A DNA stretch of 64,000 nt from an uncultured Bacilli bacterium (GCA_947632455.1 CANRPK010000001.1:18228-82227), one strand, 5' to 3'. Counted from the first letter of the stretch, positions 32,687-42,086 are shown. Program-made: numbers and translations. Notes: a model not told the origin generated them from the letters alone.

Positions 32687-33868
32687 TTATTTATTATCTA
32701 TTTTTTTATTTTCTACTTCTTTTTTATAATTTGAATATATTTCTCTTACAATATCATCAAATTTATTTTTACTATCATTGCATTTATAATAGTTTAATGC
32801 ATAATGCTTAAATTCACTAAAAGTTTCAGGATTAAATGTATATCCATAAATAGTTATTTTATTATGATATTTGACTCCAGCCATTTGTGCTTGCAAATCA
32901 CACAAAGGTATGAAATCTTCTTTTAAATAATTAAACATTTCCTCGTATGTCATTTTACCATTAAATAAATTAGGATACTTATTTTTTAAATTAAACATTT
33001 TTCTAGCATTACCATATTTAAGTTCTATTAATCCATTTTTGTAAACAGCATCATCTGGAATTAATTCATTAGGAATATTTATTGATACATTAAATGAATT
33101 ATTTTTTCGTGCATATTCAATTAAACTTGGCACTTGTATATGTACTTTATCTAAATATTCAAGTAAAAACAAATAAAATGAATATAAAGTATTTTCTATT
33201 GTACTATTTGATCTAGCTAATAAAGTATCATTATTAGGTATAAGAGTAACATTAGTAACATTATCTTTATCGACATTAAAAATTAATCCTTGATCCAAAA
33301 TACAAATAATTGAAATTTGATTATTACCATCAACTTTTTTGTTCAATTCAAATAATCTTTTTTGTATTTGCTCTAAAGAATAATTTGATGAATAAGCCAA
33401 TACAAAACCTAACGGATAAGCATTGTCATATAAATTATAAATTCCATTTTTATTAGGCAGTTTACTTAATTGCCTAACACTTTCAACATTTTTTACACTT
33501 TGTTCAAGTGTAGAATAATCAAGTATTGATTTTATCTCTACTGTAGCATAAATACTTTCTATTGGTAAAATGGAGTTTGAATCCGTTTTAAAAAAACTTG
33601 GACAATTAAAAGCATCATATATTATAAAATCTTGTTGTTTACTTTGATGTTGATTGTTATCTATAACAATTCCACTAGAAATCGAATACTTTTCTGGAAG
33701 TAATTTTTTTAAATAGTCTTTAAGTAAATCTTCACGTGCACTTCCTTTAACCCCATTATGCTTAATTTGTTTAGTAATACCATCAAAATCAATTTTTAAT
33801 TTTTTTGCAATATCTTCAATATTATAAATAAACATATAACATCTCCAAAAAAAGCAACTAATATACAT
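32687..33868 (-). CDS. large hypothetical protein with an N-terminal PD-(D/E)xK-like nuclease signature
   Basis: 393-aa ORF; the likelier start is the internal ATG at about 33835 with a GGAGATG ribosome-binding site. N-terminal region GVKGSAREDLL...DFIIYD...VEIKS fits a D-x(n)-E-x-K restriction-endonuclease-like core; about 250 aa of uncharacterised C-terminus follow. Confidence 0.55.
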   Translation of the reverse strand: MYISCFFWRCYMFIYNIEDIAKKLKIDFDGITKQIKHNGVKGSAREDLLKDYLKKLLPEKYSISSGIVIDNNQHQSKQQDFIIYDAFNCPSFFKTDSNSILPIESIYATVEIKSILDYSTLEQSVKNVESVRQLSKLPNKNGIYNLYDNAYPLGFVLAYSSNYSLEQIQKRLFELNKKVDGNNQISIICILDQGLIFNVDKDNVTNVTLIPNNDTLLARSNSTIENTLYSFYLFLLEYLDKVHIQVPSLIEYARKNNSFNVSINIPNELIPDDAVYKNGLIELKYGNARKMFNLKNKYPNLFNGKMTYEEMFNYLKEDFIPLCDLQAQMAGVKYHNKITIYGYTFNPETFSEFKHYALNYYKCNDSKNKFDDIVREIYSNYKKEVENKKIDNK

Positions 33869-33895
33869 ATATTATAACATTAACGATTATTTTTT

Positions 33896-34752
33896 TCATT
33901 TTATTTTGTTATATTGAATAATTGCCTCAATAATATATTGTTCAATATATCTTTTATCCCTTTTTAATAATTCTTTTGGTAATACCGATTCTATTTTTTC
34001 TTTATTAAATGAAATTTTGTCATTTTGATTTCCTTTTTTCTCTAGCAATATATTTTCTACCATATCAAAAGTTAATTTTTTCTTTTCACTTATTTTTCTA
34101 ATTTTCAAAGCTTGAGCATAACTTGGTGTAACTTCTTCATAAGTAATTGTAAAATATACTAATTCTTGAGCAGCTTTTGCTAGATAAGAAAGTTCAACAG
34201 CAGTAGTTATTCCTAAAGTTAAAATACTTCTCTTATCATAAATTACTGTATTATCAACAATTTTTAGTATCTCTGGTATCAAATAAGTCAGTCTTATATA
34301 TCTCCGTACTTGTTCTCGGGATTCTCCACTAACTTTAGATATTAATTCAACTGATGTTAACTTCTGCACACCCTGTGTAGAAGTGTTTTTTTTCCTTGAT
34401 GTTTAATTGCCTCTAATTTCATTTTATAGACAAATGCTTTTTCTGATGGTAAAATTTTATTTCGATAAATATTAGAATCTACCATGTAAATAGTAGCTTC
34501 ATCATCATTTAATTCTTCAATATAACAATCAGCCTCATGAATTCCATTTAATTCTAATGCTAATTTTCTTCTATGGCCTGATATCATTTCAAATCTTCCG
34601 TTTTCTTTTCTTCTTACCACTAATGGATTTAACAATCCATTTTCTTTAATGCTATTTCTTAATTCATTTAATGATTCATCTTTTTCTACTCTAAAAGGAT
34701 GATTTTTAAATGAATCTATCATTCTTAAATCTATTTTTATTACTTTTTTCAT
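33896..34752 (-). pseudogene. ParB/Srx N-terminal-domain plus HTH protein, split by a -1 frameshift in an A8 tract
   Basis: ORF 34357..34752 carries the ParB box (GLLNPLVVRR...EMISGHRR). ORF 33896..34369 carries the HTH (SVELISKVSGESREQVRRYI). The two frames overlap across GGAAAAAAAAC at about 34385-34394, and one additional A would fuse them into a single 288-aa protein. Confidence 0.6.
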
Positions 34753-35226
34753 CTATTCTCCTTCTTTCAATTCATAGTTAAGTTTCCATTCAAGATATTT
34801 TTCATAAGACAATTCTCTTGTATCTCGAAGTTTCCTCATTTTTTCCCATTCTTCCATAAATTTTAAAATCAAATTATCTCTATCATTACGAAAGTATTCA
34901 GAAATTGCAAAATCAATATTCATTTTAGGAAATAACTCTTCTAACCATAATAGGAAATAAATTATATCTTCAGATTTGTCAAAGTTATATTTTCGAATAC
35001 AATTAACATTAACATTTAAAATGTTAGCTATTTCTAAAAGTCTATCTTCTTTGGGAACTCTTTCTCCACTTTCATATCTTGCCATTCCTCTTCTCTTATT
35101 TTCCTTTTTCATTCCTAACTTTTCCGCAACCTCTTCTTGTGTTAAACCTCTAAACTGCCTTATAAATGCAATTCTTGCTCCTTGTGTTAAATCATCTAAT
35201 TCATGTCTAAAATATATTCTTCTCAT
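34753..35226 (-). CDS. XRE-family HTH transcriptional regulator
   Basis: 157 aa; HTH_3 motif LTQEEVAEKLGM...YESGERVP; strong GAGAGGAG ribosome-binding site; first gene of the island's co-oriented gene string. Confidence 0.8.
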   Translation of the reverse strand: MRRIYFRHELDDLTQGARIAFIRQFRGLTQEEVAEKLGMKKENKRRGMARYESGERVPKEDRLLEIANILNVNVNCIRKYNFDKSEDIIYFLLWLEELFPKMNIDFAISEYFRNDRDNLILKFMEEWEKMRKLRDTRELSYEKYLEWKLNYELKEGE

Positions 35227-35490
35227 TTTTATTAATCTCCTCTCTTTTACATTAAATATTTTTTAAGACAAAAACTAAGGCATCATTATCATAACTTATT
35301 TAGATTGAATTAAAAAATTATTTATCGCATTTTTTCAACTCCTTAAATTTGTCGCAAAAATACAATTTTTAACAAAAAAAGACCAAGATTATTTAAAATC
35401 TCAGTCTAAATTGAATTTATATAATTACTTTTTTTAGTTATTTAATTTTAACTCTAATTATCGCAAAATCTTCTAACATAATTATTATAA

Positions 35491-35562
35491 GTAATTATTT
35501 GAATAAATGTAGAACGCCTTTACGGACTATTTGTTCTCCTTTTCACGTATAGCAGCTTGTGC
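35491..35562. repeat. right direct repeat: the authentic ppdK 3' end (attR-like)
   Basis: Partner of 31429..31500; it overlaps the last 14 codons and the stop codon of ppdK. Confidence 0.8.
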
Positions 35563-38163
35563 TGCAGCAAGTCTAGCGATTGGAACTCTAAATGGACTAC
35601 ATGATACATAATCAAGGCCTATATTATGGCAAAATTCTACGCTTGATGGATCTCCACCATGTTCACCACAAATACCAATATGTAAATTATCATTTACATT
35701 TCTACCTAATTTAATAGCCATATCCATAAGTTTTCCTACCCCATTTTGATCTAATTTTGCAAATGGATCATTTTCTAAAATCTTAGTATCATAGTATGCT
35801 CTTAAGAATTTACCAGCATCATCTCTTGAAAAACCATAAGTCATTTGTGTTAAATCGTTTGTTCCAAAGCAGAAGAAATCAGCTTCTTTTGCAATTTCAT
35901 CCGCAGTAACACAAGCACGTGGTATCTCAATCATTGTTCCAACTTTATAATCTAATTTAACTCCAGCCTTTTTAATTTCTTCATCAGCAGTTTCAACAAC
36001 AATATTTTTAACATATTTTAATTCTTTAACTTCTGAAACTAATGGAATCATAATTTCTGGAACGATATTCCAATCTGCATGTTTCTTTTGGACATTTATA
36101 GCCGCTCTAATAACCGCTTTAGTTTGCATTTTAGCTATTTCTGGATAAGTTACTGCTAAACGACAACCTCTATGTCCCATCATTGGATTAACTTCATGTA
36201 AGCTAGCAATTAAATTTTTGATATCTTCCACACTCTTATTTTGTGCCTTAGCTAATTTAGCTATTTCTTCTTCAGTTGTTGGTACAAATTCATGTAAAGG
36301 TGGATCCAAATATCTTATTGTAACAGCATAGCCTTCTAATGCTTCATATAACTCTTCAAAGTCATTTTGTTGATAAGGAAGTATTTTATCTAAAGCTTTT
36401 TCTCTTTCTTCAACTGTATCAGCACAAATCATTTCTCTAAAAGCTGCAATTCTATCCTCTTCAAAGAACATATGCTCAGTTCTACAAAGCCCAATACCTT
36501 CAGCTCCTAATTCTCTAGCTTTTTTAGCATCTTTAGGTGTATCAGCATTAGTTTTAACTTTAAGTTTTCTAAACTTATCAGCCCAATTCATTACTCTTTC
36601 AAATTCTCCAGCAATAGTAGCATCTACAGTTTTAATAATTCCATCATAAATATTACCAGTTGTACCATCTATTGAAATATAATCTCCTTCATGGAATGTC
36701 TTACCACCTAAAGTAAATTGCTTATTTTCTTCATCCATTGTGATATCACCACATCCAGATACACAGCAAGTACCCATTCCTCGAGCAACAACTGCCGCAT
36801 GACTAGTCATACCACCACGAACAGTTAAAATACCTTGACTAGCCTTCATACCTGTTATATCTTCTGGAGAAGTTTCAAGTCTTACTAAAATAACTTTTTC
36901 TCCTTTAGCATGCCAAGCCTCAGCATCATCTGCTGTAAATACAACTTTACCACAAGCAGCTCCCGGAGAAGCACCTAAACCTTTACCCATTGGAGTAGCG
37001 GCTTTAAGTTCATTAGTATCAAATTGTGGATGAAGTAAAGTATCTAGATTTCTAGGGTCAATCATCTCTACAGCTTCTTCTTCAGTTCTCATACCTTCAT
37101 CAACTAAATCACAAGCAATCTTTAAAGCAGCTTTAGCAGTACGTTTACCATTTCTAGTTTGTAACATATAAAGTTTACCATGTTCCACTGTAAATTCCAT
37201 ATCTTGCATATCTCTATAATGAGTTTCTAATATATTACATACTTCTTTAAATTGTTTAAAAGCTTCTGGAAATTTAACTTCCATTTCACTAATTTTCATT
37301 GGAGTTCTAACACCAGCCACAACATCTTCACCTTGAGCATTTGTTAAAAATTCTCCAAATAAACCTTTTTCTCCTGTAGCAGGATCTCTAGTAAAGGCAA
37401 CACCTGTTCCACAATCATCGCCCATATTACCAAAAGCCATAGATTGAACATTTACTGCAGTTCCCCAAGAATAAGGAATATCATTATCTCTACGATAAAC
37501 ATTAGCTCTAGGATTATCCCAGCTTCTAAATACAGCTTTAATCGCTCCCATTAATTGTTCTTTTGGATCAGTTGGAAAATCTGTACCTATTTTAGATTTG
37601 TATTCTTCTTTAAATTCTCTTGCTAATTCTTTTAAATCTTCAGCACTAAGTTCAATATCTTGAGTAACTCCCTTAGCTTCTTTCATTTTATCAATAAGTT
37701 GTTCAAAATATTTTTTACCAACTTCCATAACTACATCAGAATACATTTGAATAAATCTTCTATAGCAATCCCAAGCCCATCTAGGATTATTAGATTTTTC
37801 AGCTAAAACATTTACTACTTCTTCATTTAAGCCTAAATTCAAAATAGTATCCATCATACCTGGCATACTAGCACGAGCACCACTTCTTACAGAAACTAAT
37901 AAAGGATTTTCTTTATCACCAAATTTTTTACCAGTTTCTTTTTCAAGCTTTAAGATATATTCATTAATCTGAGCTTGAATTTCTTCATTAATTTCTCTAC
38001 CATCTTCATAGTATTTTGTACAAGCTTCAGTAGTAATAGTAAAACCTTGAGGTACTGGTAACCCAATACTAGTCATCTCTGCTAAATTGGCACCTTTACC
38101 ACCTAAAAGGTCTCGCATATCTTTGTTTCCTTCTTTGAAGGAATAAACATATTTTTTCTCCAT
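35527..38163 (-). CDS. ppdK: pyruvate, phosphate dikinase
   Basis: 878 aa; N-terminal ATP-grasp region GGKGANLAEM; central phospho-His domain; C-terminal PEP-utilising TIM-barrel region; strong AGGAGGG ribosome-binding site; extended -10 TGCTATAAT upstream. Confidence 0.95.
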   Translation of the reverse strand: MEKKYVYSFKEGNKDMRDLLGGKGANLAEMTSIGLPVPQGFTITTEACTKYYEDGREINEEIQAQINEYILKLEKETGKKFGDKENPLLVSVRSGARASMPGMMDTILNLGLNEEVVNVLAEKSNNPRWAWDCYRRFIQMYSDVVMEVGKKYFEQLIDKMKEAKGVTQDIELSAEDLKELAREFKEEYKSKIGTDFPTDPKEQLMGAIKAVFRSWDNPRANVYRRDNDIPYSWGTAVNVQSMAFGNMGDDCGTGVAFTRDPATGEKGLFGEFLTNAQGEDVVAGVRTPMKISEMEVKFPEAFKQFKEVCNILETHYRDMQDMEFTVEHGKLYMLQTRNGKRTAKAALKIACDLVDEGMRTEEEAVEMIDPRNLDTLLHPQFDTNELKAATPMGKGLGASPGAACGKVVFTADDAEAWHAKGEKVILVRLETSPEDITGMKASQGILTVRGGMTSHAAVVARGMGTCCVSGCGDITMDEENKQFTLGGKTFHEGDYISIDGTTGNIYDGIIKTVDATIAGEFERVMNWADKFRKLKVKTNADTPKDAKKARELGAEGIGLCRTEHMFFEEDRIAAFREMICADTVEEREKALDKILPYQQNDFEELYEALEGYAVTIRYLDPPLHEFVPTTEEEIAKLAKAQNKSVEDIKNLIASLHEVNPMMGHRGCRLAVTYPEIAKMQTKAVIRAAINVQKKHADWNIVPEIMIPLVSEVKELKYVKNIVVETADEEIKKAGVKLDYKVGTMIEIPRACVTADEIAKEADFFCFGTNDLTQMTYGFSRDDAGKFLRAYYDTKILENDPFAKLDQNGVGKLMDMAIKLGRNVNDNLHIGICGEHGGDPSSVEFCHNIGLDYVSCSPFRVPIARLAAAQAAIREKENK

Positions 38164-38257
38164 AATTCCCTCCTAATAATGTTTCTAAAATATTATAGCA
38201 AAAGTCAACTAAACACACAATTAAACAAGTTAAATTTTACAAATAATATACAAAAAA

Positions 38258-38327
38258 ATAGGGATAAACCCTATTTGATAAATATATCTTGCCTATACTT
38301 AGAATAAGAAGAAGACGCATAGGCAAG
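38258..38327 (-). terminator. pair of hairpins after surface-protein gene 1
   Basis: ATAGGG-ATAAA-CCCTAT with a U7 run on the minus-strand RNA (38258-38274), plus the palindrome CTTGCCTATAC...GTATAGGCAAG (38288-38327) with a T-run on the plus side. The equivalent pair recurs after the second copy. Confidence 0.55.
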
Positions 38328-38330
38328 TTT

Positions 38331-39842
38331 TTATATGTTTGTTTTTACTACGAATGGACTACCAGATTTACCATTTCCTCCACTAAATTCTATATTAGAT
38401 TTAAGATTGATTACAGGTCTAACACCATGATTGCCATACACTGCGAAGCCGTTGAGGTCTCCACCATTAAGTACCCGAAACACATGAACCAGCTTGCCAG
38501 TGACATTATAGCGGGATGGAGACATTGTCCAATAATATTGGTTAGTATATAACCAATAATCAGTTGATGCTGTTCCTCCAAATCCTCCGACCATCATTAC
38601 TTCATCACTTGTTATTAAAGCAGCTGGTACATCTAAAGATTGGTTGCCAACATTTGAACCAATAGTTGTAAATAAGTCTCTTTTTAATGAATTTAGATCT
38701 ATTTCATCAAAACTTTTAAATCCTTCTACGTCTGATGGACTTGTTTCAGACATTTTTACTCCACACTTTAATGTTGAATACTGATTTTTTCTCCATCTAT
38801 CAGTTGTCATTAATCTTGATATTGGTGCATATCCTGTTGCAGTTTCTCCGGTACCATCGCCATTATAACCATTAAAAACATTTTTTACGACAGTTCTGTC
38901 ATTACACCATCCGGTGCTTCCCTCTAGATAATCTGTATAACCACTCATTGATCCTATTCCGTTATACCATGTTTGTACTGCTTCGGCGATATTACTTGGT
39001 GTAGTATTTGAGTGAGCCTCTTCATATTTTGGATTAGGATATTCTTCTGATTTTGCTGTTCCATAATAATAGCCAATGTAGGTGTTGTCATCATATGGTG
39101 CTGATTTATATGCTGATGTTGTGGCATTTGTTGTCTCTCCTTCAGTGGTTTCACAATTTGGTTCTGCACATTGGAATATTAATCTTAATGTGCCATCTCC
39201 ATTTATTCTGATTATTCTCCATGTATGATTTGCAAATGTTACCCAGTTATTTACATCATCATTATTTCCTCTAAATACATAGCTTGTTCCATAGTTATCT
39301 GGACTAGTATATAATTTCTCTTTTCCTTCGGGATTTTCTGTACTCTCATCGTATGGACCAGTTATGGGGTTTGGCATGGCGTCTATAGTATACTTGCTCC
39401 CTTTTGATGTTTCTAACTTACCTAACATTTCTTTTACTAAACTATCAAAATATATATAACATTTTGTTCCTTTTTCTGTTAAGTGAGATATATTTATTTC
39501 GCTATTTACATATTCTATTTCTACTTCTTCTATTGGTTTGCCATTTACTTCACAATAACTATCTTCACTTAGTTTATATCCCATTGTAGGTATCTTACTT
39601 ATATTGATATATTCCTTTTCTTCAGATGTACTATCATCTTTTTCTTGATACATCGCGATTATGTTTAAATCTGCTTTATTATAACTTATATTTCCACTTG
39701 CTAGTTCTATACTTTCTGTATTTCTATATCTTGCTAAACTCGTTATATAGTTTATTAATATTACTAATCCTATAGTTAGTAATATCCCTATTATTACTCC
39801 CTTTACTTTGGAGGTATTATCCTCCAATTTTTCTAATTTCAT
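38331..39842 (-). CDS. membrane-anchored secreted protein, paralogue 1 (unknown family)
   Basis: 503 aa; N-terminal TM; the roughly 40 residues after the TM helix are identical to paralogue 2 apart from one N/S difference, and the C-terminus is conserved; Cys-, Thr- and Gly-rich variable middle; no LPXTG motif and no cell-wall-binding repeats. Confidence 0.7.
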   Translation of the reverse strand: MKLEKLEDNTSKVKGVIIGILLTIGLVILINYITSLARYRNTESIELASGNISYNKADLNIIAMYQEKDDSTSEEKEYINISKIPTMGYKLSEDSYCEVNGKPIEEVEIEYVNSEINISHLTEKGTKCYIYFDSLVKEMLGKLETSKGSKYTIDAMPNPITGPYDESTENPEGKEKLYTSPDNYGTSYVFRGNNDDVNNWVTFANHTWRIIRINGDGTLRLIFQCAEPNCETTEGETTNATTSAYKSAPYDDNTYIGYYYGTAKSEEYPNPKYEEAHSNTTPSNIAEAVQTWYNGIGSMSGYTDYLEGSTGWCNDRTVVKNVFNGYNGDGTGETATGYAPISRLMTTDRWRKNQYSTLKCGVKMSETSPSDVEGFKSFDEIDLNSLKRDLFTTIGSNVGNQSLDVPAALITSDEVMMVGGFGGTASTDYWLYTNQYYWTMSPSRYNVTGKLVHVFRVLNGGDLNGFAVYGNHGVRPVINLKSNIEFSGGNGKSGSPFVVKTNI

Positions 39843-39898
39843 TGCTCTTATTCCCTTTCCATTATCAATATTATTAGAAATTCCTAATTTATATTTAA

Positions 39899-39927
39899 AT
39901 TATAATATCTGTTATTATTAAAGTCAA
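39899..39927 (-). promoter_or_regulatory. consensus sigma-A promoter (TTGACT-17 nt-TATAAT) for 38331..39842, inside a roughly 75-bp intergenic block shared with the second module
   Basis: Minus strand reads TTGACTTTAATAATAACAGATATTATAAT. The -10 overlaps a near-palindromic AATTATAAT, and an imperfect palindrome TTAGAAATTCCTAA lies just downstream. Confidence 0.55.
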
Positions 39928-39999
39928 GAAAAATTGCATTATTTGTCCCACTTTTAATTATTTTTTTTTATAACATGAGACAATATTCCTGGTGATAAT

Positions 40000-40452
40000 A
40001 TGTACACGGCTAAATTAAAAGAATTAAGAGAACGCATAGGTTTAAGCAAAACTGAAATTGCAAAAATAATAGGTATTGATCGCAGCCAATATGGCCATTA
40101 TGAAAATGATTATATAACTATACCTATAAAACATTTAGTAGCATTAGCCAATTATTACAATGTTTCCCTAGATTATATTTTTAATTTAAATCAAAACAAG
40201 CAATATCCGAAAATTAAAAAAGTAGTGGATCCCAAAATTAGTGGAAAACGTTTAAAGGAACTTAGAAAAGAATTTAAAATATCTCAAACCAATTTAGCTA
40301 ATTATTTAAATACAGCTTTTTCTACTATTTCATCTTACGAAAGAGGTATAAACACTATTGCAACAAATTATGTTTATGCCATATGTAAAAAATATAATAT
40401 TTCTGCTGATTACTTATTAGACAGAATTGATGATCCCAAATATTTAAAATAA
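40000..40452 (+). CDS. tandem-HTH (2x HTH_3/XRE) transcriptional regulator
   Basis: 150 aa; two helix-turn-helix units (LSKTEIAKIIGIDRSQYGHYE and ISQTNLANYLNTAFSTISSYE); divergent from surface-protein gene 1. Confidence 0.8.
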   Translation: MYTAKLKELRERIGLSKTEIAKIIGIDRSQYGHYENDYITIPIKHLVALANYYNVSLDYIFNLNQNKQYPKIKKVVDPKISGKRLKELRKEFKISQTNLANYLNTAFSTISSYERGINTIATNYVYAICKKYNISADYLLDRIDDPKYLK

Positions 40453-40461
40453 CCATAAAAA

Positions 40462-40526
40462 AGAATACCCACAAAGGTATTCTAATAAATATGCCTATAC
40501 TTGGAATAAGAAAGCAGTATAGGCAT
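40462..40526. terminator. convergent terminator pair between HTH gene 1 (+) and surface gene 2 (-)
   Basis: AGAATACC-CACAAA-GGTATTCT with a U-run on the minus-strand RNA (40462-40483), and ATGCCTATAC...GTATAGGCAT followed by a T5 run on the plus strand (40491-40526). Confidence 0.6.
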
Positions 40527-40530
40527 ATTT

Positions 40531-42039
40531 TTATATATTTGTTTTTACGATAAATGGATTGTCAGATTTACCAGTACCTCCACTAAATTCGATATCGGCA
40601 TTAAGATTAATTACTGGACGAACACCAAAAGTGCTATATACACCCCAAGTACGGAGGTTGCCATCGTAATGCACGTGGAAAGCGGCAGCTTCATTAACAT
40701 TGGTATCATACCAAAAAGGAGACATTGTCCAATAGTTTTGGCCTGTGTATAACCAATAGTTAGTACTTACTGTTCCTCCAAAGCCTCCGGCCATAACTAC
40801 TTCATCACTTGTAATTAATGCTGATGGTACAGAAAGTCTTTCATTTCCTCTATTTGAGCTTTCAGTAGTAAATAAATCTCTTTTTAATGCTGTAGCATCT
40901 ATTTCATCAAAACTACTAAATCCGACATTATCTGATGGACTTATTTCTGGCATTACTACTCCACACTTTAACGTTGGATATTGCTTTGTTCTATAGTTTC
41001 CTGTTGGAATTAATCGTGAAGCTGGGGCATATCCTGTTGCAGTTTGTGCTGTTCCATCACCTTCATAACCACCCCAAACTTTCTTTACGATAGTTCGATC
41101 ATTACACCATCCAGTATCTCCATTTAAATATTTGGTATAATTTGTCATTGCTCCTGTTCCACTATACCAACTGTCAACAGCTTTTGCTATATCACTAGGA
41201 GTGGAATTTGAATGTGTTTCTTCATATGTTGGATCTTCTTCGTCTTTATCCGCTTTGGATGTTCCATAATAATAGCCGACATAAGTGTTATCATCAACTG
41301 GTCTAGATTTATATGCATTATTACCTATTTGAGTTTGAATGCCTGTTGTATCTGTACATTCTGGTGTTGCACATTGGAATATCATTCTTAATGTGCCATC
41401 TCCATTTATTCTGATTATCCTCCATGTATGACCTGCAAAAGTTACCCAGTTATGCACATCCTCATTATTTCCCCTAAAGACATAACTGGTTCCATAATTA
41501 TCTTCGGTTGTGTATAATTTTTCTTTTCCTTCGGGATTTTCTTTTTGTGCATCATATGGTCCTGTTATAGGACTTGGCATGGCATCTATGGTATATTTGC
41601 TTTGTTTTGTTGTTTCTAACTTTGCTAACATATCATCTGCCTTATAATCCATATCAAAATATACATAACATTTCGTTCCTCTTTTATTTATTTTACTTAC
41701 ACTTATATATCCTTCTTCATATGTTATCTGTGCTTCTTCTACTTTTTGTCCTTCTACTTCACAATAGCTTTTATTACTCAATGTATATTTTTCAGTTGGT
41801 ACATCATCTATTTGTTTATATCCATTTGTACCATAACTGCTTTCTTGATACATCGCTATTATACTTAAATCTGCTTTATTATAACTTATATTACCACTTG
41901 CAAGTTCTATACTTTCTGTATTCCTATATCTTGCTAAACTGGTTATATAGTTTATTACTATAAATAATATTGCACATACTATAAAGCCATATATAAATAA
42001 TTTTTTATCTTTTTCTTTACTTAACCCTTTTAATTTCAT
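40531..42039 (-). CDS. membrane-anchored secreted protein, paralogue 2
   Basis: 502 aa; same architecture as paralogue 1. The nucleotide sequence is near-identical at both ends of the gene and diverged in the middle. Confidence 0.7.
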   Translation of the reverse strand: MKLKGLSKEKDKKLFIYGFIVCAILFIVINYITSLARYRNTESIELASGNISYNKADLSIIAMYQESSYGTNGYKQIDDVPTEKYTLSNKSYCEVEGQKVEEAQITYEEGYISVSKINKRGTKCYVYFDMDYKADDMLAKLETTKQSKYTIDAMPSPITGPYDAQKENPEGKEKLYTTEDNYGTSYVFRGNNEDVHNWVTFAGHTWRIIRINGDGTLRMIFQCATPECTDTTGIQTQIGNNAYKSRPVDDNTYVGYYYGTSKADKDEEDPTYEETHSNSTPSDIAKAVDSWYSGTGAMTNYTKYLNGDTGWCNDRTIVKKVWGGYEGDGTAQTATGYAPASRLIPTGNYRTKQYPTLKCGVVMPEISPSDNVGFSSFDEIDATALKRDLFTTESSNRGNERLSVPSALITSDEVVMAGGFGGTVSTNYWLYTGQNYWTMSPFWYDTNVNEAAAFHVHYDGNLRTWGVYSTFGVRPVINLNADIEFSGGTGKSDNPFIVKTNI

Positions 42040-42086
42040 ATCTATCCTTTCCTCAATATTATTAGAAATTCCTAACTTATATTTAA

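Larger units (their letters stand above)
31429..35562. mobile_element. roughly 4.1-kb genomic island inserted at the 3' end of ppdK, bounded by about 72-bp imperfect direct repeats, with no recombinase gene
   Basis: Imperfect direct repeats duplicate the ppdK 3' end. The cargo is XRE, ParB-like (frameshifted), PD-(D/E)xK-like and Abi_2 genes, all on the minus strand. A ToxN-like remnant lies just outside the left repeat. Confidence 0.45.

Noticed and set aside
23885-34752. Attributing both frameshifted genes to homopolymer sequencing error
   Set aside because: This cannot be excluded without reads. However, many A/T runs of 7-9 nt inside the other roughly 70 genes in the window are in frame, which argues against a systematic artefact, so I kept both as candidate pseudogenes or phase-variable genes.
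31500-35490. Integrase, transposase or IS element inside the island
   Set aside because: None of the ORFs shows tyrosine- or serine-recombinase or DDE motifs, and there are no terminal inverted repeats. The island is therefore reported as recombinase-less (a remnant, or mobilised in trans).
38289-38552. The 87-aa plus-strand ORF at 38289..38552
   Set aside because: It starts inside the palindromic terminator and overlaps the 3' end of the surface-protein gene on the other strand. It has no ribosome-binding site and is implausible as a gene.
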